Positions 9,682 to 20,000 of a stretch of DNA of 20,000 nucleotides are shown here, one piece after another. The notes beneath the pieces were generated by a model, which made no database searches, was not told where the DNA came from, and was given only the letters and a program-made list of their open reading frames with translations. The translations under genes and the position numbers were made by a program. Each line of letters starts with the position of its first letter. The first letter of the stretch is position 1. Source of the DNA: Gonapodya sp. JEL0774 (lineage: Eukaryota); NCBI GenBank assembly GCA_027604505.1, contig JADIIX010000061.1, positions 114,814 through 134,813 on the forward strand. Direction: 5' to 3'.

Positions 9682-12600
9682 TTATCGTGTCTTGCCCAGC
9701 GCATGACTCGGAAGGAACCATCGCCTGGCAGTTGTCACCGTCACGTCGTTCCCGAAAGCACTCTCAAAAGATTGCAGATCTACGTCAGTGGTGTCATGTG
9801 TATTTGAAGATCTAGGAACCCGCGGTCGATGGACACTCAAGGGTCTACTTGTGGTGTCAAGGGGCAAGTCTAACGCTTCCATGAAAGGATATGCTAAACC
9901 ACTAGCTCGAGGCAGGGAATGCTGAAGAACGCTCAGGTGGAGAGATACTAGTGTCGCATGAGGTCGTGAGAATCTGGTATCGATGGTCGACGGGAACCGC
10001 TCTAACCGCACGTTCAAATACGCATTCCATGGGCTGATGATGCTTGCAGGAGAAATGTCAATACGTTTGCTCACCCAATGGATAATCGGTGACTTCCCGT
10101 CTTTCGTGGCAATTGCTCCTGTGAGTGGTATAACGTTCTTTGTTGGTCAGAGGTGGTTCTAGGGCCTCGTCTTCCACCAATATTGCTGTTTTGGGATACT
10201 TCATGGCAGCTGTGACTCGCTTCCTCCTAATGCGTGCTTCCTCATCTGCTAGAGCTCTTTTCTCTGCTGATTTGCGAGCGGCGAACTCTCTCATTTTCGC
10301 CAAAGCCAATGCCGCGTCCTCGCGCTCTGTTTGTTGGCGATCCCTTTCGTGCAGTATTCTTTGACGTGCCTGGTCAGCTGCAGCAATCCTGTGAGTGACG
10401 GAGGTTTTGCCGGAGAGAATCAGTGGATGCCAATAACTATTGATACGTTTGACTCACTTCCGTAGACCACCAGAAACGTATGCGTTGATCGCGGCAATAA
10501 AATCGCCAGATGTTGGTGATTCAATGATTGCATTTGGATCGGCTTCAATTAACCGTTGACTGTTCGACAGGTTTGGAGAGCCAAAAGGATCTCCTCCTTC
10601 AAGATCAACAGGGGGAAGCTTCGAAGCACCAACAAGTCTTGGCTTCGGATCTAGCACCTCCCTTGAGCCTGGCAGCTGACTGGAGGTACGTCTAACCTTT
10701 TTGGATTGAATAGCATCTTGGACAACCTTTGCAAGCCGCTGGCCACCTGAAAACTTCATCGCCACCTTCCAACGACTCGATGCGGTTTTACGTGATTGAT
10801 TTTGCTGCTTGGTTGTGACAGGATCCGAAATTTCATCCTCCACTAACCCTAGAGGAGCAATCGGTGCTGGTTCAAAGGGTGATAGTAATTCGTCAAGCAA
10901 AGAGTCAGACGAGTGAAAAGGGTTCTCCAAGTCCGCATGCTCGGCTCCTTGCCAAACTTGTGTCGCAAGAGTATCAGGTTTTATAGATGAGTTTACCCGG
11001 ATGTTGGAGATGCGACGACCTGTCTTTCCTGTCAATTGCCCATTAGGTGTCGCAAGAGCTTCAAGTTGTCGCTCGATGACTGCTTTGTATTTGGTTGGAC
11101 TTTCTGCGTCCATCCTCGCCAATTGTTCAGTCAGCAAATCCGTCAAAAGGTCCCTCAATCGTGTTTTGAGCCAGGCAAGCAACGCTTGTCGAACGGGTGA
11201 CAGCAGATAAGGGACGTTGCCTTCCCAGCCTGGATTCGAGCTCCCAGGCTCTTTCACTTCCCCAGCTACTAAAGGAGTTGAAGAGTGGTCAACGGAGCAT
11301 TCCTCTTTGAGCTCAGACACAGAAGCAGTTTGTGGCTTGAGATCAACAGTAGCTGGAGATCTCTGCGAAACCCCTTGTTGCGCCTGGAACAGTTAATGTC
11401 AGACTGGGCGGCTCTCTGATCAAATATAGCACATCACAAAATACCTGTGCAACGATTTTTGCAATTCTCGATTGCAGCAGGCTATCTTGGGGGTGCAAAA
11501 TTCCCAGGTATCGCATCAATTGTAAAGCACGCTTTCTCACCAACTCAATCCGACTCTGGCTTAATTCCAATATCAAGGGGAGAGTTTCTTGGTGATTCGG
11601 GGCAAACGTACCAATAGACTCGACGAGCGTGACTCGGAGCTAAGTGAGCAATGAGACATCTGTTGATAAACCTCGTTGATTGGATTGGCAGCTTTTTCGA
11701 GCCCTCACCTGACAGTTATTGATTTCGTCTACCTCAGGAGAATGTAAAACTTGAATATATGCGTTCATTGCTAAATCTGTATCTCGGTAACCGACTTCAT
11801 TGTAGATCCAGAGGTGGTACTCCGCGATTTCTTTCCGTATGAGATCAGTTGTGACCTTGCTTTGAAATAACTTCACCAGCAGATGCTGCAAAGCATCAGG
11901 TTCCGGATCTATTTTAAACCGAGTTGTCAGCTTTTTACCAAGTGCAGCGTGGATCGTGTCCTCTACAGGATAGAACACCTGGAAGTTGCACATCCATTCA
12001 GGCATCCCATTCAGGGCTAGATGTCAAAGTCGACCAACATCTGTTTCTCACCTCGTCCTGAGGAAACCACGAATACTTAAAGCTTCTGTCAAGAAAGACG
12101 GGCATTGGAGGTGGTGGAGAAGCTAATTCTGGGATCGGTCTAGAAATCTCGACAACGGGGGTCGGTGTTGGCTGTGCCTCGATTGCTACCGATTCCTCGT
12201 ATGCTTTTTGTTCTCGTAGGCCCTTCTGAAAGCGTTCCAGTTCATCAATTGAATCTTGGGGCAGAATAACTGGTGGCGGTGGGACCTCTTTTAGCGAAGT
12301 CCGTATGGGAGTAGAACCCCTTGAATTTTCAGATTCTTCATCAAGATTCATCTCCTCGGCTAGAAGACGTTGTCTCTCTTCTTCATTGCGACGCTTAGCT
12401 TCATCTTGCTGCTTGACTTTGTCCATCATTCGTCGAATACGATCTTGATATTCAGTCTGCTTTCGCTGTACCTCAGCCCTGGATTCTCCCTCGACTTTGA
12501 TCGGGATGGCCTTCACATCGGAATTCTTTTTAGCAGGTTGCGATACTCGTGTACCCATGATGTTATGGGCAATGCACCACTTGTCGATAAGACCCTGAAT

Positions 12601-15600
12601 GGGGTTCGAGTTCGGAAGCTCTCCATCTGGAGCGATAGGAAGAGTTCTGTTTTCAAGAAAATCAAACGTCTCCAGAACATGTGGCACTTTCAGCGGGCTG
12701 TTCATTTCATCCTATGAATACTTCTGGTCCTGAGAACAATGACAGCCTTTTCTGAGTTTATTGACGTCACTCACCTCAAATGACAGGACATCCAGCCCAT
12801 CACGATCACTGGCCGAAGGCTCAAGCATGGCAACCTGGTCTGATACTTGCACTAGCACGACTCCAGGAGAGGAAGAACTAGGCCCCACGACCACGCCCTC
12901 CCTTGAGAGGAAAGGACTGGACGTCTCAACCCGACCAGACCCGAGATTCTTGCGAGTAAGATAGCGCTTGATCATATTGGATGCAGTCTTGGGGTGCCAA
13001 CAATAGCAATGAGCATCTGCAAATCAACGCAAGCGCCGATGAAGCTGCACCACAATTACCTGACTTGCATTTTGGCCCTTCAGTGCACTTTTCTCGTACT
13101 CATACGAATCTTCTATAGACCGCACCAGACTGTCGATAGTACGCAACGCAGACGGCTGTTGCGGCTGTGAGGTCTCCCAGTTGATGGTCCTTCGACGAGA
13201 AAGCCGATCTTTTAGATGTTCGATGTGGGCATGGTCGATTACGGTCCGAAGATCCTTGTTTTTGGCGGACGTGAAAGTAGACCTACGGTAATACGATTGA
13301 ATATATTGTTCCTTTAGATTTGTGGACGGTGTTCACGAACGCCGAGTAGCAGTTAAACTCACCGGTTGACATCAGGTGGGAGGAGTGTCGAAAGCCGGAA
13401 AAAGTCCGAGTCATCCGAAAATGGTACCGGTTGCTCAATTGTAGGCGTTTTAAATTTCATTCGAAAGACACTCTTAAGGTATCCTGGAGGCAAATCTCCG
13501 ATTCCCACGATTATTGTTTCAATCACTAAATCTTCTTCGCACATTCCGAAGGAAAACTCACAAGCCCGATACTCGACCAGACTGATCCCTCCCTTGAAAC
13601 CAATCAACAAATCCCCTACTGGATTCGCGCAACACACGGAAGCCACCGGCTCACCGAAATTTATCTCGCGAACCAAACCCGACATGTTGTCCCAGACCTT
13701 GACCAAGCCGTCTTTCCCACTGGTAACAAAGCAGGATACTTTGGGCAGCGATATCAGTGATGTGATGGTGTCATTGTGATCATCGTTGCGACTGTGGCCA
13801 GACAGGATTCGATGGCCTGCGGGTGTTGGAAACGCAATTGTACGTTCGCCCACGTACCTCCAGCAAATTAAATGTGCCCATTTTAAACGTACTGCTCGTT
13901 TGCCAATCCACCATGTACATGGTCACCACTTGATCGTCCGTCACGGCCAGTATGGTGTCCATCGGAGATACGAACCGGGGAACGAACCCGCAGTTGATGC
14001 AAAGGTACGGCGAGAGGACTTGCTTTGATCGAACATCAACGATGAAGACCTTGACCGTGGTATCTAAGCCGGTAAACACGAACAACGAAACGAGAACTAT
14101 CAGACAATACGCTCTTCAAACGTCCGGAACAATTTTTACAAAACACATATGGTCACACTGCCGACCATCCACAAACATATGTCATCACTCACCAGCACTT
14201 GCCGTGAACACCAACCCTTGTTTTCTCTCCACCTCCAGTACTGTCACGGCTCCATCATGGACTCTAAACCGTTCCACCACCACGCCACCTTTGCCAAGTA
14301 CTAGCAAATGCCCGGCGAGGGAGGCAGCCAGAAGAAGGACAAAAGTGCTTTCGCGGTCCGGATCAGGCGCAGCGGATGATTGAGGAGTTGAGGTGGCGGT
14401 CGTTTCGGGATCGCTTGCAGAGCGATCCAATGTGCCTTCAAAGACAACCAGGTGTGTGAGACCTTCCTGATCTGTCCGGCAAGGGAGCCAGTATGGTAAG
14501 GTCAGGTATCGTGGGATTAAGTTGGTCCACAGAACGGTGCCCCACAACAGAACGTCCCCCTGCCCCCCTGCTCACCATTTCCTGTCCTCCACCATACATC
14601 AGCAACCGCACACGGATTCACATCAGTCGCTACACACCAAATCTCCCCCGTCTCCATCAACAAATAAACCCTCTCTAGCACCCTGCAGTAGGCCACATCA
14701 ACAATCCTGTCTTGATCTGCCACGGGAAACAGTGTCGCTATTGTCTCTCCCTTGACATAAGTACTCCTCCTTGCCGGTACCACGTCACGATCCGGCACTA
14801 GTCGTGCGTGTGGGCGCATGACCCTCACTGTTCCGTCTGCCGACCATGCGAGAATGCGTCGAGGGTGCCTGCGGGATTTGTGGCATGTGATGCGAACGAC
14901 AGGGCTTGAGAGAGACGCGAAGGGTGTGGAGAGGTGGTTGAAAGTGAGCACGGAGATTCGGTGGGACAGCCGTACATGGAAGCTGAGGTCGTCAATGACA
15001 CGGAGGGACAGTACGGGTTCGGAGAAGTTGAGTCTGTACAGTGGGGTGCGATGGTGGATTTATGGGTGCGGTTACGAGGAAGTACCGATCGCTGTAGCCA
15101 ATAATACAGCGGACCATGGTGGTGACAATCGTCCCAGCTTCAAGTCGGTCACAATCACACCATAGCCTCCTGTTGGTCCTCCCTCGGTACTCAATAACCC
15201 CTCTCCGTTTTGCACGAACTCCACTCACCTATACACCTCCTCGAATCCCCCGACTGTTAATACCCTGACCGTCTTGTCCATTCCCGCCGTGATAATCATA
15301 GGCCCGTGCGGGTAGTGCGCGAGCGCAGTGACGGCCTTGGTGTGGAGGTAGAGGTGGCGGACGAGGTTGAATGTGGAGGATTTGAAAATGACTTCGTAGT
15401 GAGGGTGTGGGGGCGGAGATGGAAGAATCAATTCAACAACCCACGATCCACCAAAAGAACGCAAAGAAATACAAAGACAAGAAACGCACCCGAGCCGTCC
15501 GATATTCCAAATATAGTGTATCGATCCCCCTCATAATACAGCACACAGGTAACCGTGCGATCGGATGGTGTGGGGATGCGGTGGAGCATGGCCCCGGTGG

Positions 15601-17875
15601 CGAGGGAGAAGACCTTGCGGTAGAGTGGTGGGTGGGGGGTAAAAGGACAAGAGGTGAGGAAGCAACGGAGGTTATTGTTGTTCCCAGATGTCGCTGGCTC
15701 GAATCTTTACTCACCCCACCAGATCCGCCTCCCACAATTACGACTGTGCGAGACTTTACGTCGAGGTGAGTCACAGAAATCCAGTCGTCTGGGGATGTAG
15801 AGGATGGGGGCGGGGTCAAGCCCGGGTGCGGTTGGGTTGAGGATTGGGGGGCAGGAGGTGGGGACGACGACGGTGGATGGATGGTAAGGGATGGAGAGAG
15901 GTGTATAAGTGGTGAGGATACGAGAGGTGTGCTCGGGTTATGAGAGGTCGAGTGTGGGTGTGCGCGAGGAACGAGGCGGTATGTGTATAGGGTGACCAAG
16001 GATGGGTGGGTTATCAGGAGGGAGGGAGAGGTGGGTGGGTGGGGGTAGAGTACAACGCTTTTAGTCGGTTGTGGTGGAGGGGCGGAAGAGAGTTGTCAGG
16101 GTTCAGCGATTGCTAGAAGAGTTGAGGTGATGCACAGTGGGAGACCCAGTAGTTCACGTACTCGGATATGGGATGGGCGAGGGACGTTTGGGAGCAGAGG
16201 TCGAAGCGCAGGTTGTAGAACTTAAACACAACGGGTAAGGTGTGAGCGGGCATGGATGAGTGAAAGCACAAGAGGATCTAATAAAAATACCAAATTCGAA
16301 GCAGCTACTCGACAACAGCACATTCCCAGCATCATTAAGATACTTCAAATTACTGTAAACTATCGCAGCATCCGAGCCTCACCTCGATACCTGTCCCTCT
16401 AAACCGCTCGAACTCACCTTCAAGAGGGTATCGTGGCCCCTTACCGCGTACATTGCGATGTTGGGCAGAAACACGATGCCTGTCACGTCGATTCCAATGT
16501 GAACTGAGGCGCGCGGGCGGTGTGATGAGCGACGAGAGGTGCGGCTGTGGAGTTGGCGGGCTGAAGCGGCGGACGCGGCGGCAGCGGAGTCTGGGGAATT
16601 GGCGAAGTCACTCCCACTTGGGTCCACGTCCAGTGACATGTCCATATCAAAATCTGAGTCTGGATCCGTGTCGAGTTCGAGGCGGTTGTTTTCGTCACCA
16701 AAGGCCGCAGGGAGATCCCAGATGTGGGCGGTTTGGGACTTGTCGACGCAGACGAGAGTGTATCCGTGGGGTGGAGGGGCGGGGATGGTGGAAGACTGAT
16801 AGTTTATGGAAGGTGAGGTGGCGCCTGAATTGGCAGGTGAGCGCGGGGTGATGGGAGAATCAGGAGATGAGTCTGAATTGGATTCGCAGTCGGAGGCTGA
16901 GGAGTGAAAACAACCGAACGTGTCAAGCGAGCAGCCCAGTCCATTAATTCCCTTCCCCGCCACCTCAGTAGCTCTACTACTTGTGGCGTTGATGGTGTAC
17001 CTACCATGAGCGCCTGTCATGGCTTGCCACAGAGTGTTGCGAGCAGGGTCACCAGTTTCCGGCCCCACGGATCCACGACGAGCACCACCGTGGATGAACG
17101 ATGTCTCTGCGGTCTTTGAGGGTTTGGGGTGAACACAGACGGCAACGAGCGGATACTTGTGTTGGTGGATTGATCTGGATTGAAATCCCGCACGTATTTG
17201 AAGCTGGTAGTTGAGCCTGGCTTTGAAATCCGGCGAGTTGTTGAAGTTTGAGAGTTGGATGCCAAAGAGGTTGAGATTGGGAGGTGAAACAAACGCTGCA
17301 CGGACTGTTGACCAGTGCGCGAGAGCGCGGGACTCGGGGGTCGACGTGGGCAGTGAGGGGGTGGGTGCAGAGTGGATCGGGGCCAGCGGAGATGGCGGAA
17401 ATGGCAGAGCGGCAGGTGGGGGACGCACGCGGAGTGCAGGCGGCTGTTGCATCTGCTGCATGCGCTGCGTTAATTGCTGCTGATGCTGTCCGCCGTGCCC
17501 GCCGTCTCGGCCTTGTCTGCGTCCCGCTGCCACCGTTTCACTTGCTCTTGACACTCCCAAACTCCCAGACTTCACGGCTAGCGCTCGCCCTGATCTCCCC
17601 GTTCTCAGTCGATCGTCTACCCTTCGATCGACTTCGCTCTCCGCGCCCTTTCTCGCCGATGCTGTACCCCGTCTCTCCAAAGTGCCCACTCCCATCCGAG
17701 AACTCCACGTTCCCTTTCCCGTTCCAGCTCCGATTTCCGAGCGAGATTCAGGCCGCATCTGACCCGTATTGATCGATCCCGCGTGCGGAGCCGCTGTGTT
17801 CGCCGCAGAAAAGCCCAGTTGCAAGTCGAGTCTCAACAGCGACGCAGAGTCAAACACGTTCCCATCATCAATCAT
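9682..17875 (-). CDS. Large WD40-repeat protein with a HEAT-like segment and coiled-coil/disordered C-terminus, WDR87/WDR97-like (~2187 aa)
   Basis: 18 exons with consistent phases: 17875-16418, 16220-16162, 16057-15715, 15613-15490, 15391-15229, 15033-14576, 14471-14193, 14063-13893, 13816-13562, 13495-13363, 13282-13060, 12987-12775, 12711-12052, 11978-11709, 11639-11445, 11383-10458, 10388-10075, 10001-9682. WD-type repeats: HTKAVTALAHYPHGPMIITAGMDKTVRVL, HDGAVTVL..FTASADTTVKVF, HNDTITSL..FVTSGKDGLVKVWD..VCCANPVGDLLIGF. Start may be 17908 or further upstream. The family call is from recalled similarity, not a search. Confidence 0.8.
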
Positions 17876-18772
17876 GCAACGTAAATTTCTTGGGTTCCTT
17901 TTGTACATACATACAGATTTATGTTATGAAAATGTGAGTACATATAGCCAAATCATTTCGGCTTTCTATCAAGAACGCCAACGCCGCGTTGATAGGTTTC
18001 GCAAGACGCCATGCCTACTTTTGCACACAATTATCCTGTTCAAATCAATTGCATTTTGTTCTTGAAGACTCTCCCTTGATGAACCTACGACGGGTTCATT
18101 GATGCTTTCTACTTATGAACAGAAACTACTAATGGGAATTACCACACTTGAGGAGAATTTACTATTTGTCTTCAGAAAACGAGCAAACAGTGAGAAGGCC
18201 ATTATCGCAGCGAAATTTCTCCTCAAAAGTTGATGGAGATGGTCCAATGGACGATGTCAGGTGGCTGTGACGAAAGTACCCGAAGTCTTTGAGAAGCTTC
18301 ATTATCATACATACATCAAGCTCAATTCACTTTTCGCGGCACAATCTCTTTTCAAGTCAGTGCCAAGGTGCTGGGTCCATATGGGGTTCCTTCACGCGCA
18401 GTCCACGCGCCCTCCCGCCCTTTCCCTGTGGTCGGTTCCTGACAGCCAGACCCCCAGACCCTTTCAAGGAAACCCCGAAGTGGCTAAACATCTCTGTCGC
18501 GCCTGTGAGTACGACGAAAGGAATTCTGCTCTGCGCCGACCCGACTCCATTTCTTCACCATTTTCTGGAAAGGCGCCTCTTTGTATCGGGAGTCCTGGAT
18601 GGCCACATCTGGTACGCGGTTGCACCAGATGTTCATGCAGCCTGTGGCTTCCTCTACCGATACTCCACGATCTCGCCATTTGCATGCCTCAGTAGAGCGT
18701 CCATTCCTATTAACCGTTCCCGAAACACTTCAAAGGTCCCTGACAAAAGTCCCCTACCGTGGTGCTGCGACT

Positions 18773-20000
18773 ATGAGCTTCTTCCATTCTCCCGCAATTC
18801 AATTTCTGTACATCGCCTCTTTCATCAACCTCATATGGCTTGCTATTGGCGTCCCTGCCTTGTCTCCATTTGTTGGAAGTGGGCAAGCCTTCCCGGATAA
18901 TCCTGAAGAGCCTCCTGTGAGCCCTGGGCATGTCAAAAAGACCTTTGCAAAATTATTACATTCCTCTCACATGTTTCTTTTTTCGTTTGCTTGTTTTATT
19001 TTTCATTNNNNNNNNNNTTCAAAATAATTTTCTTTCCCTCCCAAGTGTTATTTTTTTTTTTTGGTTTTTTTTTTTACTCTCCCCCCCCCCCCCCCCCCCA
19101 AATCCTGCTCCGCTCACCGAAACCGAAAGACAAACAACACCAGCGTTCAAGGGTCGGATCCCCGCGTGGCCGAAGCCCTAGCGACTCTTACGCATCTTTC
19201 TAACGTTTCATTCTTCTTCAATGCGACTGGTTTCAACGCTGGAGGTGCATCGATATTGAAGAGACAGGCAACCTGCCCATTGGGAAGCGGTCAATGCATA
19301 TATGACCCCACCAGGTGCGCTTCAGCTTGAGCGAATTTCCGCTGTTTAAAAAGTGTACTCTGAACCTTTCCATTTGACAGATGCTGTCCATTTGGAACTT
19401 ATTGTTGTGTGCAAACGTGGCGTGCAACGTACTGCAACACACTTGCGGTATGGACACAGATTTTGCTTAAGAAAACACCTCGAAGCTTTGACAACCCACA
19501 ACCCAACCCTGTCCTCTATGGTCGCGTTCCGGGCCCTTCCCGAAGATCTGCTGCACTATATTATATCCCAATGTGTGTCCACAGGCGTGAGTTCAGAGGT
19601 GTCGTAAACAAATTGCCAGGATCAATCTTACATCTCACATATGACGAATGCCTGCCTATGCTAACTTGCTCCCATCGAACAGTTGCTGGTACGTTTTAAG
19701 AGATGTGTCCCTCCTTTCTGCACGAATCCTTTTCCTTTGAAGTACTTTCTCATCTCCTCACGATTTCCGATCTCAACAGTGCCGCCTCCGCGATCGGTTG
19801 TAATTCAGCAGGCGGATGCGTGTTTCCGACTCCACCCCCACGTGAGCAGCAATTGAGTTGCAAAATCACATACTTATCCCGGCGCCCACTGTTCTTTTCG
19901 AAGCTCCCCCTCCTCCTCCTCCTCCTCCACCTCCACCCCCTCCCCCTCCCCCTCCTCCTCCCCCCCCTCCCCCTCCCCCTCCCCCTCCTCCACCTCCCCC
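18773..20000 (+). CDS. Putative secreted Cys-rich protein with propeptide, Kex2-type KR site and poly-proline tract; 3'-truncated by the window
   Basis: Exons 18773-18916, 19130-19314, 19381-19447, 19546-19586, 19683-19688, 19780-19841, 19904->20000 are in frame. Hydrophobic N-terminus (FLYIASFINLIWLAIGVPAL..), then LKR|QATCPLGSGQCIYDPTRCCPFGTYCCVQTWRATYCNTLAICCTILYPNVCPQACCAASAIGCNSAGGCVFPTPPP.. Intron 1 spans an assembly gap, so that junction is less certain. Confidence 0.7.
19008..19017. other. Assembly gap with low-quality homopolymer flanks
   Basis: Run of 10 N, followed by long T and C homopolymers to about 19099. Confidence 0.98.
19904..20000 (+). repeat. CCN trinucleotide repeat encoding more than 30 consecutive prolines
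   Basis: Uninterrupted CCT/CCC/CCA codons run to the end of the window, in frame with the upstream exon. Confidence 0.85.

Noticed and set aside
15780..16090. G-rich plus-strand tract with G-quadruplex potential
   Set aside because: Explained by Pro/Ser/His codons and intron pyrimidine tracts of the minus-strand gene.
18261..18900. Several 140-200 aa ORFs between the divergent WD40 and Cys-rich genes
   Set aside because: Mostly non-ATG starts, no motifs and no coherent splice chain; likely promoter or 5' UTR, apart from the frame starting at ATG 18773.
18980..19100. Poly-T/poly-C runs that look like a terminator or retroposon tail
   Set aside because: They flank the N gap and are probably low-quality sequence within an intron.

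Overview
Intron-rich eukaryotic genomic DNA, most consistent with a fungus. A zoosporic (chytrid-like) lineage is an inference from a WDR87/WDR97-like flagellar-type gene sitting beside fungal-type proteins. Manual splicing of mostly 60-130 nt GT-AG introns, with phases checked by hand, gives five genes: (1) the 3' part of a carotenoid cleavage oxygenase with all four iron-binding His (+, <1-1841); (2) a ZZ zinc-finger/EF-hand protein (+, 2037-5086); (3) a type I membrane protein with a kelch-like ectodomain and C-terminal SH3 (+, ~5829-9554); (4) an 18-exon WD40/HEAT-like protein of ~2190 aa (-, ~17875-9682); (5) the 5' part of a secreted Cys-rich, poly-Pro protein with a 6-nt microexon (+, 18773->20000). 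No rRNA, tRNA, CRISPR array or coding transposon is evident. The most unusual signals are a 528-nt intron with nested end-to-end complementarity, hairpins and repeats, a high share of AAG/GAG splice acceptors, and a granulin-like 14-Cys module built from tiny exons.
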